A DNA stretch of 64,000 bases, from positions 558,001-622,000 of the forward strand of contig BROI01000022.1 in NCBI GenBank assembly GCA_027923505.1. Reading direction: 5' to 3'. The stretch is from Mayamaea pseudoterrestris (taxonomy: Eukaryota). Made by a program: the position numbers and the translations under genes. Shown in pieces: positions 34,284 to 43,943 of the stretch (the stretch's first letter is position 1; each line of letters starts with the position of its first letter). A model generated the notes under the pieces. That model did not search any database and was not told the origin of the DNA. It saw nothing but the letters and a program-made list of their open reading frames with translations.

Positions 34284-37190
34284 ATGAAGTCGATTTTGGC
34301 GACGATTGCTCTCCTTTCGAGCGCGGTGATTGTTTCGCCGCTCCATCAGCGACCGCAGGCTCATTCACTCCAACAAGAAACAAAGAGCGTCAAGACTGCT
34401 CAAATACTACAAGAATATGAAGATCTTAAGCATCAATCAAAGCCACAAACGCATCATGCATACTACTACAACCAACGCTTCCTCAGCAGCACTAGTTCCG
34501 GCCAAAGCACTCGCAGCACCGACGCTGTGCTGTTTCCCGCCTTTTGCATCACGCTCGGCGTCTTGGTCTACTACGTTTTATCGCGCGTTTCCTTTTTGAC
34601 GCAGTGGCTGCCATACACGGCGGCGTTGTTTTTGTTGGGCACGGCCATGGGCTCGATTAGTACGGTCAAGCATCACTCCGACAATATTTTGAACGAGTCC
34701 ATTCAGGCGTGGACCAACATTGACGCCGCCGTCTTGCTGCTCGTGTTTTTGCCGGGACTTATTTACAAGGAGGTGAGCGTCGGTTTGAACGTTCACTTGT
34801 TTCGCGCGTCCATTTGGCAAACGATACTCTTTGCCTTTCCACTCGTCTTGGCGGGTTCCGTCTTGACGGCGCTCGTTGCCTATTTCATTTTTCCGTATGG
34901 CTGGTCGTTCAATCTTTGCATGATCATGGGCAGTGTCCTTTCGGCGACGGATACCGTGGCGGTGGCTGTCTTGATGAATCAACTGGGAGCGTCGCCGCGA
35001 CTCAAGGTGCATGTCAGTGGCGAGTCACTCTTGAACGATGGATCCGTGATTGTGTTCAACGCCATTTTTGTCCTGAAGTTCTTGTATGAGCTTGGCGTGG
35101 AAGGTGTCGGTGAAGACATTGGGTGGGCGCGAGGCGTGGCACTCTTTTGCCGCAAGGCGCTCGGTGGAGTTGCGGTGGGTTTGTTCTTTGGCTTTGCGAC
35201 ACTGGCGGTGCTGGGCATTCTCAATCGACGCTTCACCCGCGAGGAAAATGTCATGGAGGTGGCAGCCTCGCTGGGGCTCATTTACGCGGGGTACTTTGTC
35301 GCCGATTACGTGTGGGCCATGAGTGGAGTGCTGGCGACGGTGGTGCAGGCCATTACCATCAAGCTCTATGGACGAGCAGTCATTAACGACAAGAGACTTT
35401 TGGAAGATTTTTGGACGTTGATTGAAAGTCTATTGAACACTGTTCTGTTTACATTGGGTACGATACGCTTGTGCTGAATTTGCCGCGAGCTCGTCTGTTA
35501 ACGGTCAAATTGACATGCTTCTTCCTCATTTATCGCAGCCGGCATTACCTATGGATCAATTCTGGTCGAGAACGACGCAACCTTTGACGCACGGGAATGG
35601 GGTTACTTGATTGTTTTGTATCTGTTCTTGATGGTGATTCGAACCGTCATATTTGCCGTTGCCTATCCAATCACAAAACGGATTGGTCTGTCGACAAATA
35701 TAAAGGAAACAATCTTTCAGATTCACGCCGGGTTGCGCGGGGCAGTTGGAATAACGCTAGCATTGGCACTGAATGCAGAAGTGCGCTACCTTGTTGGCAC
35801 TGGCCAGATTGATTCTATATATCTTGATCAGACGCGCAGAGTCTTTGGTTTCATTGGCGGCATCTCCTTCATGACGCTTGTTATAAATGCGCCCACGTGC
35901 AAGCCGTTGCTGATTTACCTCAATCTCTCCGAGTCAAGTGAAATTCGAGACAAAATCATTCAAACGTACCATGCGGCGTTCAGAAAACAAGCAATCACCG
36001 AGATGGTTAATCTTTTGGCGCAACCTCGCTTTCAGCATGTTAATTTTTCGTTCATTGACCATCATATTTCATTCCTGGCCGACCTGTCAACGTCGGAACT
36101 CATGGAAGCGGTGGACCGACGCAAGGCATCCACTCCGCCGGATGAATATACGGAGCCTCATTTGTCAAAAATTCTTCCCCACCTTGCCGGCCGCGTTGAC
36201 GATGCCGAGGCGGCGGAAGCGCCCCTTCTTGTAAACCCAAGAGCGGATAAAGTGAATGATCAGTTGCAAACCTTGACGGAGTCCAAGGTTGTGACACCTG
36301 AGCTGATTGCCAGCCCAAATTTGATTGAGTGTCGAGCATTATTTCTTGATTTGCTTCGGTCGGCCTATGATTTGCAAGTGTCTGAAGGAGAGCTGGTGCA
36401 GCGGTTATTTCTCACCGTTGCTTTGGAACGGTCGCTTGACCTTGCTTGCGACCAAGTTGCAAACGGAAAGCCACTCACTGATTGGACGTATGTCAATGCA
36501 ATCGATCCAGCCCTTGTCAAGTTTGATCGCACTGTGAAAAATAATCCTGCGCTGTTCAAATGTCTGGAGTGCATCAGCCCCGGCATTCGCGAAAAGTGGA
36601 AGCAGGCAAGCTTTCGGCTCAACATTGAGCGTGCCATGGCATTCATGGCGGCTCACCGTTACGCACAAGACTTTTTCAGGAGAGATTTTGACGACGCGGA
36701 TCCAGAACTCTCAGAGGCGGCACGACTCGTCCTGGAGGAGAGTCAAACGGAGTGGCACAAGGCAGAGAAGGCATTAAATCGACGCGACCAAACGTTTGTT
36801 GAGAGGTCGGTCTCTCACAAATTCTGCTCCATCTTGTTGCACTCGTCAATTGTCTATATTGGCAAGCTGGTGGATCAAGGCTTGCTGAGAGAACAGGAGG
36901 CCGAAAAGTGGGTGGAAGAAGTGGAATTAGAGCTTGATGGAGTCAACAAGTGTCACCGCGGACATGGGATGAGAGCTCGACAATGCAGCAACATGTCAGA
37001 CATGGCCAGCGGAAGGATTCGCCAGAGTAGCAGCATGTCCGACTTGCTTACGAATACAAGTCGACATGGCCGAAGTACTAGATCGGTTCGAGGGGACAGC
37101 AACGCGTCGGACGTTTTAGCTTCACATAGCACTCGGACGCACCAGAGCAGTGCAATGTCTGACTTGCTTTCAACTGGCGATAACGAGTAA
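34284..37190 (+). CDS. CPA1 Na+/H+ antiporter, SOS1/NhaP-like paralogue 1 (intron 35458..35538)
   Basis: Signal peptide, LPYTA, VFLPGLI, LSATDTVAV, GESLLNDG, SGVLATV and GLRGAVGITLAL. Confidence 0.93.
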
Positions 37191-37345
37191 ATTTTGTTTT
37201 TATGGCTAGAGGTTGAGAAGCGCGATGTATAAAAAATGTACAAGAGCCAAAACTGAAATACTTAGCAATTTTTATCCACTGATGAATCACGTCAAAAGTT
37301 GTAGCAATCGTTGACTACAAATGCTACTTGCCCAACGTAACCTCA

Positions 37346-39049
37346 TCAAGGTAGCAAGGGATCGCTTAAACGCTCCCCTTCCTCGGCGGTCCTACAATCG
37401 GCGCCCGGAGCAGCAGAAGTTGCCACCTCACTGGCGCTAACGTAAACGCTCTCATTCTCAACCTCCGACTCTACTAACGAGCGTATCGGCCACATCATAA
37501 AGCCTCCCACCAGCTGAACTGTTGCCGTCATGGCAAATGTATACTGATAGGAGTGCTTGTCGGAAAGAATGCCACCCACCAGAGCGCTACCAGTCCAACC
37601 AAACGCCGAAATGCTTTCCAGACTCTTCCACTTGGCGCGCTGGTTTGACGGCACGGCATCCATGAGCACGCTCTCCAAGAGCGGATAGCAGCAATTCATA
37701 ATGCCAGTGCGCAACAGGTAAATGAAAACAATCAACGCCTTGCCTGCCGCATCATTGTCGCTCACGCGATCACTCAACCAGGTCAAGTAGTAAAGTAGCA
37801 GCGTGCCAAGTGTGTTGAACGCAGTAGACGTTTCGATCCGACCATAGCGTTGACCAAGCCGTTGTCCGATAAAGCTAAAGGCTGATATTGATACGGGCAC
37901 GACAAAGTAAATGCCCTGGACAATTGCGCTCGACAGTCCAATCTCCTTGAAGAATAGCGGAAAGTATTTCACACTGGCACCGCTCCCAATGGCAACAACG
38001 AGCGATGATAGAAAGAGAATGTATGGAACGTCCGTCTTGATGAGAGATAGTCCTCTTCGTTGCGGCAAACTTGTTGCATTGCTGGTGGGTTCTGCGGAAA
38101 TTGCCTCTGGCGCTGCTCCTTGATCCTGCTCCACATCAGCCATGGAATCAGCAATCGCAATTGCGCCCGTTGATTGCAAGACAATATGAGCTGCTTCTGC
38201 GACACTGAGAGCAGATGTAGTTGCGGCAACATTTGCAGCAACGGCTTCGTCATCATCTTCTAAAACCACATACTTGTCGGAGAAGAAGAACATGATAATT
38301 GCAGCCGGAATCTCCAACAAAATACCAAGAAAAAAGACTGGAAAAATTTCGGCAATCGACCAATCCTCCGCGTCACTGCTCGAAAGCATGGAAATACTGA
38401 CCATTGGACCAATCGACGACGATATAAGGTAGCATGAATACAACCACGTCAGTAGCTCCGATCGCTTTCCCTTTGGAATGGAATCGGCAAAGAGCGCCTG
38501 TATGGGTCCATTGCTGATACCACTGACAACACCCCACAGCGCCAGCGCCAGCAGCATGATGACATAGGATTGCTTCGCCGCGCGCACATTCTCCATGGCG
38601 TTGCGCTTGACGACAATCAGTGCCCACAGTGTCACGCCACACGTGAGCAGCATGAGTCCGCCGCCCCACCGCGCCACTTTGGACTTGCCGGCGCGGTCCG
38701 CGTAGACGCCAATCGGCAGCGCGCACAGCAGCATGCTCACGCCCTGCACCATTTCGGCGAAACCAACGAGTGTATTGTTGTCATTGTTTTCGTGCATGGC
38801 CGAGGCGAGTGCATATAGAAAGCCACTCAAGACGACGGAACCCCAGACCGAGTCGGCAACGCCACTCACGGCGCACAGCAGTAGGCAGAGTCGAACGTTG
38901 TGGTTCTTGTATGGATTGCTGGTGGTGCTAGGCAGTGCTGGTGGATTGTCGTCATGATGATGTTGCTGGAGCAAAGCTGGAGTGTGTTCATCGTTTTCGT
39001 CATCGTCAAGCGGAAGGAGAGGCTCGGTTGAATCTTGTTCCGGTGGCAT
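37346..39049 (-). CDS. Major facilitator superfamily transporter
   Basis: About 12 hydrophobic segments; GVYADRAGK (motif A), ALFADSIPKGKR, LMDAVPSNQRAKW; N-terminal EPLL and C-terminal DPLL dileucine motifs. Confidence 0.9.
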   Translation of the reverse strand: MPPEQDSTEPLLPLDDDENDEHTPALLQQHHHDDNPPALPSTTSNPYKNHNVRLCLLLCAVSGVADSVWGSVVLSGFLYALASAMHENNDNNTLVGFAEMVQGVSMLLCALPIGVYADRAGKSKVARWGGGLMLLTCGVTLWALIVVKRNAMENVRAAKQSYVIMLLALALWGVVSGISNGPIQALFADSIPKGKRSELLTWLYSCYLISSSIGPMVSISMLSSSDAEDWSIAEIFPVFFLGILLEIPAAIIMFFFSDKYVVLEDDDEAVAANVAATTSALSVAEAAHIVLQSTGAIAIADSMADVEQDQGAAPEAISAEPTSNATSLPQRRGLSLIKTDVPYILFLSSLVVAIGSGASVKYFPLFFKEIGLSSAIVQGIYFVVPVSISAFSFIGQRLGQRYGRIETSTAFNTLGTLLLYYLTWLSDRVSDNDAAGKALIVFIYLLRTGIMNCCYPLLESVLMDAVPSNQRAKWKSLESISAFGWTGSALVGGILSDKHSYQYTFAMTATVQLVGGFMMWPIRSLVESEVENESVYVSASEVATSAAPGADCRTAEEGERLSDPLLP

Positions 39050-39200
39050 GCTGGTCAATAAAGCTCACTGAGTACTTGGTTGATTAGCGAATGTTCTTGG
39101 CTGATTGAATTGTAGCTAGTAAGCCGATGATGCTTTAGCGAAAGGAGGGAAATGAATGTTGATGATTGGTGAAAACGGATGATGAGCGCGCCACGAACAT

Positions 39201-39243
39201 CTTAAGTACCGTAGCGACATTTTACTTGAGTACCGTAACGACA
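39201..39243. promoter_or_regulatory. 19-bp direct repeat in the divergent MFS/cathepsin promoter
   Basis: CTTAAGTACCGTAGCGACA at 39201 and CTTGAGTACCGTAACGACA at 39225 (17/19 identical). A regulatory role is inferred from position only. Confidence 0.45.
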
Positions 39244-39328
39244 AAGCGTGACCATCCGATGAAACGCTTCCGAGACGACACCTTGTGTGAGGTGCTTCGC
39301 ACTAACACTGTAAAGCTGAACGACAAAG

Positions 39329-40487
39329 ATGATCATGACTACCTTGAGGACATTGGTGACATGTCTGACTATAAGCTATGCTGCTGCGCAGTTTCGAAAC
39401 GAGTTTCAGGTACCTTGCAATTGTCGTTTCTAGTCCAGTCGCAGCACGAGGAGCGAATCGTTGAGTGAAAGGTACAGAATGGCATCAAAAAAGTTCTGTT
39501 TCCATGACTGACCATAACTCTCCTTCGTTCTTAAAGGTACTGCAAGGCCACAAAGTACAGAATGACTACTCTTCGCCATTACCGTATACCTACATTGACG
39601 CTGCAAATCTACCCGCTTCTTTCAACTGGGGTGACGTGAACGGCGTCAGCTACTTGACCCATTCACTCAACCAGCATATTCCGCAATACTGCGGCAGCTG
39701 CTGGGCTCATGGCGCGCTTTCGAGTCTCGCCGATCGCATCAAGATTGCTCGCAGTCAAGACGAAAATGCAGACGCTGATGGCGTCGGAACCGACATTAAC
39801 TTGAGCGTGCAGTACATTTTGAACTGCGGCGGTTCCGTCGCGGGATCCTGTCACGGTGGATCGCATACTGGTGTCTACGAATACATCAAGCAAGCTGGCT
39901 TCATTCCGTATGATACGTGCATGCCCTACGTGGCATGCTCCACCGACTCGTCGGATGGCTTTTGCCCGTTTGTCGACACGACGTGCTCGCCGGAGAACAC
40001 TTGTCGCACCTGCAGCTCGTCTGGCGACTGTCAGGCTGTGTCAAGGTTTCCCAACGCCACCGTTGCCGAGTATGGAACGTATTCCTACTTTACCGACGGT
40101 TTCGGAGCAGTGGCTGACAAGATCAAGGCGGAGATTTATGCGCGTGGCCCAGTGGCAACCGGTGTCAATGCGGAACCCATTGTTGATTATCAGGGCGGTA
40201 TCGTGAACAATACGAGGATTTGGAACATGCTGGTGAATCATGTCGTTTCTATTGTTGGCTGGGGAATGGAAGAGGCTACGGGACAGCAGTATTGGATTGT
40301 TCGCAACTCGTGGGGAACCGTAAGTTTGTTGTAGCGTTTGCACAGTTTCTCGCAACAGACTTACACATGTTGTTGCTTCTTAATTCACTCTTCAATACAG
40401 TATTGGGGCGAAATGGGCTACTTTCGCATCGTCATGGGCAAGAACGCACTCGGCATTGAATCGGAGATTGCGTGGGCGACGCCTTAA
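39329..40487 (+). CDS. CTSZ: Cathepsin X/Z-like papain-family cysteine protease, 3 exons (introns 39410..39536 and 40320..40400)
   Basis: Signal peptide MIMTTLRTLVTCLTISYAAA, NQHIPQYCGSCWAHG (cathepsin X mini-loop and catalytic Cys), NHVVSIVGWG, WIVRNSWG and YWGEMGYFRI. Confidence 0.93.
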
Positions 40488-40912
40488 CGGTCAAGAACTA
40501 TCCATGCAGCTCTGACGGTTCCAACTGTAGACTTGACGCGCTGGAGTTTGTTGATCCCTCATCAAGTACTGCTGCATTGCGAAGGCTGAGGGCCCGTCAG
40601 TGACTTTGTAATATGCTAAAACTGATCGAGGGTTTCGGGCATTGATATTGCATCTAGCTAGTGCATTATACTTAGATGATTTCCAATATATGAAGTGGAT
40701 AAATGCATTGTACTAGTACTTGATTGTGATAGGATATATCCGGACATGCTTCACGACATTAATTGGCAGATGACGTCAAGCTTTGTGCGCGTGCAATCTC
40801 ATGTGCGCCAGGAGAATTGGCACTAATTTTGTCAACGTCTATGTTAAGGTTGGGATATAAGAATCTTCTTGCAAGCTACAAAATTGATCGCGTTACTTCA
40901 CGTTTCGGATAT

Positions 40913-43078
40913 CTATCGGTTGTATCTCCCTTTCATCTTTTGCCGTTGATTTTTCCGCAGATACACCAAAATAACAGTAGAAAGAATTGCAGCGGCAAGC
41001 CAAAACCAAAGTGGAAGCGGCCGTTGTAGATTGCGTAATATTAGCGCCCGGTTCAGACCAAGCCCTTCAGGTTCGCGGTTGAGCACTGTCCTCACCACTG
41101 ACGCAACATCCGTGCACTCTTCCTTGATTGAAACGAGGGCATCCAGAATATCATTGCAGAAAAGAGCTTCACCAGCATCATCAAAACTTGCTGTACAGTA
41201 GCTCACTTGGTCCACCTCCTTCGACGATCGAGCGAATGACTGCAGGGAGTGACAAAGGCTTGGCCACTTGATTCCATTCTTGCACAGGCCACGAATAGCA
41301 ACGGGGCAAGTAGTCCCCATGATATGCTTCAGATAGTCATGCGGCTTGGCTCCATGGAAGTGAATAATGTATGGCTGCTGGTAATCAATGTCCTTGGTCT
41401 GCCAGTATGGTTTGAAGTTAAACACTTTACTCAGGAACTGTACCTCATGCTCATAAAATTCCAAATATGCGCCCTGGTCGCTCGGCGACGGATGGTCAAA
41501 CTTGGCGGTGCCAACGTGCCGTAGAATAAACTCCAAAAAGTCCTTGTAAGTTTCTCGCATGCGTGGAACGTTCATTAGGGTGACTCCAGCGTTTGATGGT
41601 CGATTGTCAGGTTTCAGTTCGGCGCTCATGGCAATGCCAAGCGTCATATCTAATCCAAAATCCTTGAGTGTAAATGGTCGTGTAACAATCGTGTCTGCGT
41701 CAAGCAGCAGGCAATACTCACTCTCCACAAATAGTGGAATATCGATTCGCTGCCAAGTCCCAAAGTAGTTTCCCGCATGCAGAAACAAATGACTCGTCTT
41801 GACGTCGCCATTGAGACGCATGGCTTCAATCTGATCGCGCCAGGTTGGATCGTGCTGGTGAATAATGACCTTGCGCTCCTTTAGCCAGTTGCGAAACACC
41901 GTATCACTGCTTCCATGGTATAGAATGTGGATTGTATTGTCGGGCATGACGCGACGAATAGAGGCAATGGATGCCTGAAGCAGGTGCTTGCCAGAACTTT
42001 GGCTGAGCTCCGTGTAGGTGTAAACAATGGGGATTTGGTAGACTCTCCAAATATCACCCAAGGGAATAGATTGTGAATTGTACCAATATGCATTGTTGGA
42101 ATGGCGAATTGCAATTTGAATTGCCGAAAATGTACTGACGCTATTGCCGACAAAGCTCTTAAGCCCACTGCAGATGCTAAAGTCAATGAGCGCCCATATA
42201 TCTCGCATATTCTGTGCATTGGGAACAAGCTCTTCAATAGCCATGCGATCAATATCACTCATGAAATCAAATCGCGTGTATATCGAATAAGGACTTGTCC
42301 GAAGCTCACGCGGAACGTGGTCTGAATGATCGCCGCAGTAGTACACAAATTGACTGTCTTCGCTCGTCACGCCTCGCGATTCGAGCGACTGTAGAAAGGA
42401 GTGACCAGGAACGCCGAGACAGTTTCCGCGGTAGATGCCGTCGCGAATGCTGCTCCATCGATTGCAGTGGGCGAACCAGTCCTCGTCGTTGCGATGGTGC
42501 ACGCAGATTCCTTGGCTTGGAAGAGCGGGAAGGGCGTTTGTAATGGTAGTAATGTACTTTGACAGCTTTGGAGATGGTCGAAACGTATTCAAAACTTTCA
42601 AAAGGAGCATTGCATCAGCTTGATGGAGCGACTGCAAACCGGCGCATGGTATTTGTCGTTTGGAAAAGTCAAAGGACTTGAATACCGCCTTGATGCCCAT
42701 GGCTTGTATCTCCTGCTGGAAGTAGATGGCGTCAAATGCGACCTCAAATGGAACCGAGTTACTTGCTGATGGGAGGACATAGTCTTCTGTATATTGGACG
42801 CCATGGACAATGAAATAATCTGGAACTTCGACAATGGCCTTGCGCTGTTCAATGGCAATGGCGATGGAAGCGGAATGGTATAGAAGCTGATTCGAAAGAC
42901 CGTTGCAAATATTGTACTGATACACGTTGTGACTATTTATATGAGAGACCTCCAATGACGTTACCATGGCATTCAAAAGAGGGAGTAAGGTGGAAAATGC
43001 AAGTAGTAGAAATGTCGATTTGTTGCTGGAAGTTGTTCGACAGTGAAACGAAGGAATACAAGCTATTGAACAGCCCAT
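40913..43078 (-). CDS. Two-domain glycosyltransferase: O-fucosyltransferase-like (GT-B) plus GT8-like (GT-A), with a C-terminal TM anchor
   Basis: Domain 1: CNGLSNQ, CVHHRNDEDW, FVGNSVSTFS. Domain 2: LLLDADT, NAGVTLMN, SDQG, FNFKPYW, IIHFHGAKP. Confidence 0.8.
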   Translation of the reverse strand: MGCSIACIPSFHCRTTSSNKSTFLLLAFSTLLPLLNAMVTSLEVSHINSHNVYQYNICNGLSNQLLYHSASIAIAIEQRKAIVEVPDYFIVHGVQYTEDYVLPSASNSVPFEVAFDAIYFQQEIQAMGIKAVFKSFDFSKRQIPCAGLQSLHQADAMLLLKVLNTFRPSPKLSKYITTITNALPALPSQGICVHHRNDEDWFAHCNRWSSIRDGIYRGNCLGVPGHSFLQSLESRGVTSEDSQFVYYCGDHSDHVPRELRTSPYSIYTRFDFMSDIDRMAIEELVPNAQNMRDIWALIDFSICSGLKSFVGNSVSTFSAIQIAIRHSNNAYWYNSQSIPLGDIWRVYQIPIVYTYTELSQSSGKHLLQASIASIRRVMPDNTIHILYHGSSDTVFRNWLKERKVIIHQHDPTWRDQIEAMRLNGDVKTSHLFLHAGNYFGTWQRIDIPLFVESEYCLLLDADTIVTRPFTLKDFGLDMTLGIAMSAELKPDNRPSNAGVTLMNVPRMRETYKDFLEFILRHVGTAKFDHPSPSDQGAYLEFYEHEVQFLSKVFNFKPYWQTKDIDYQQPYIIHFHGAKPHDYLKHIMGTTCPVAIRGLCKNGIKWPSLCHSLQSFARSSKEVDQVSYCTASFDDAGEALFCNDILDALVSIKEECTDVASVVRTVLNREPEGLGLNRALILRNLQRPLPLWFWLAAAILSTVILVYLRKNQRQKMKGRYNR

Positions 43079-43457
43079 TTTTGTACAGAAAGCGTAAAGA
43101 AGCGTGAAGAATGGAGTTGTAGTTGCGAGGTAGATGGTTCCGAGCGTCTATGAAGCAGATGTGGCTGTGTATATCAACCAATGCTGCTTCCGACAAAAGC
43201 AGTACGCAAGTAGACTGGCGAAAGTCAGGCTAGCGAAGAACTGTCTGCCTCGCAATTGGCTTATCAAAGGCGCTGTCTATAAGAGCTCTTGGTCGTCAAG
43301 TGTTGCGCAAGGTCGTTCTTTACAGTACAAGTATGCTCCAAGATAATGTCTTTCTCGCGTTGGCGACCATCAAACGTTTGGCAGGTCGAGCGACGACGAC
43401 GCACGCGAATGGGTCGTGCAAACACGCGCAGCGCCAGCGACGCAATTTTGTGACGTA

Positions 43458-43574
43458 ATTGACACTGGCACTCGTTTCTTACTATTGCCTCGTGAATTCA
43501 TTGACACTGGCACTCGTTTCGTAATATTGCCTTCTGCCGTAATTGACACTGGCACTCGTTTCGTACTATTGCCT
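43458..43574. repeat. Three copies of a 33-bp unit at 42-bp period
   Basis: ATTGACACTGGCACTCGTTTC is identical at 43458, 43500 and 43542, each followed by (T/G)TA(C/A)TATTGCCT; the linkers are 9 nt and differ. Confidence 0.95.
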
Positions 43575-43943
43575 TGACGACGTCATACGACAGCTAGCAG
43601 ATAACCGCTACGACAGTCAGAGTTGTTGACTGCGAGCCATGCATGGGCTCTCGCCATTTTCCTTTCGGCCGATCAGCTCTCGCCATTACCTTGCAAGCAA
43701 ATCAATAGCTCCTCCGTTGTTGCTCCTGCTTTCAGCTCTAAACCAAGGTTCTCCGTTTTGATGCTCGTCCATTTTCATTTTTTGCTATTTTGAAACGATA
43801 ATTCGCCGCGCTGCCAGAGGCACGAGCAGACTTGTCAGCGCTTGGCAAACAACGAAGCAGCGAGCGACGGAAAGCAATCTGGACTTAAAAAGAACCAACA
43901 CAAAATAGAAGAAGGAAGAATTCGTTTATATTTCTACGGTAGC

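Noticed and set aside
43458..43574. CRISPR array
   Set aside because: Linkers are only 9 nt, there are three units, no cas genes are present and the context is eukaryotic.
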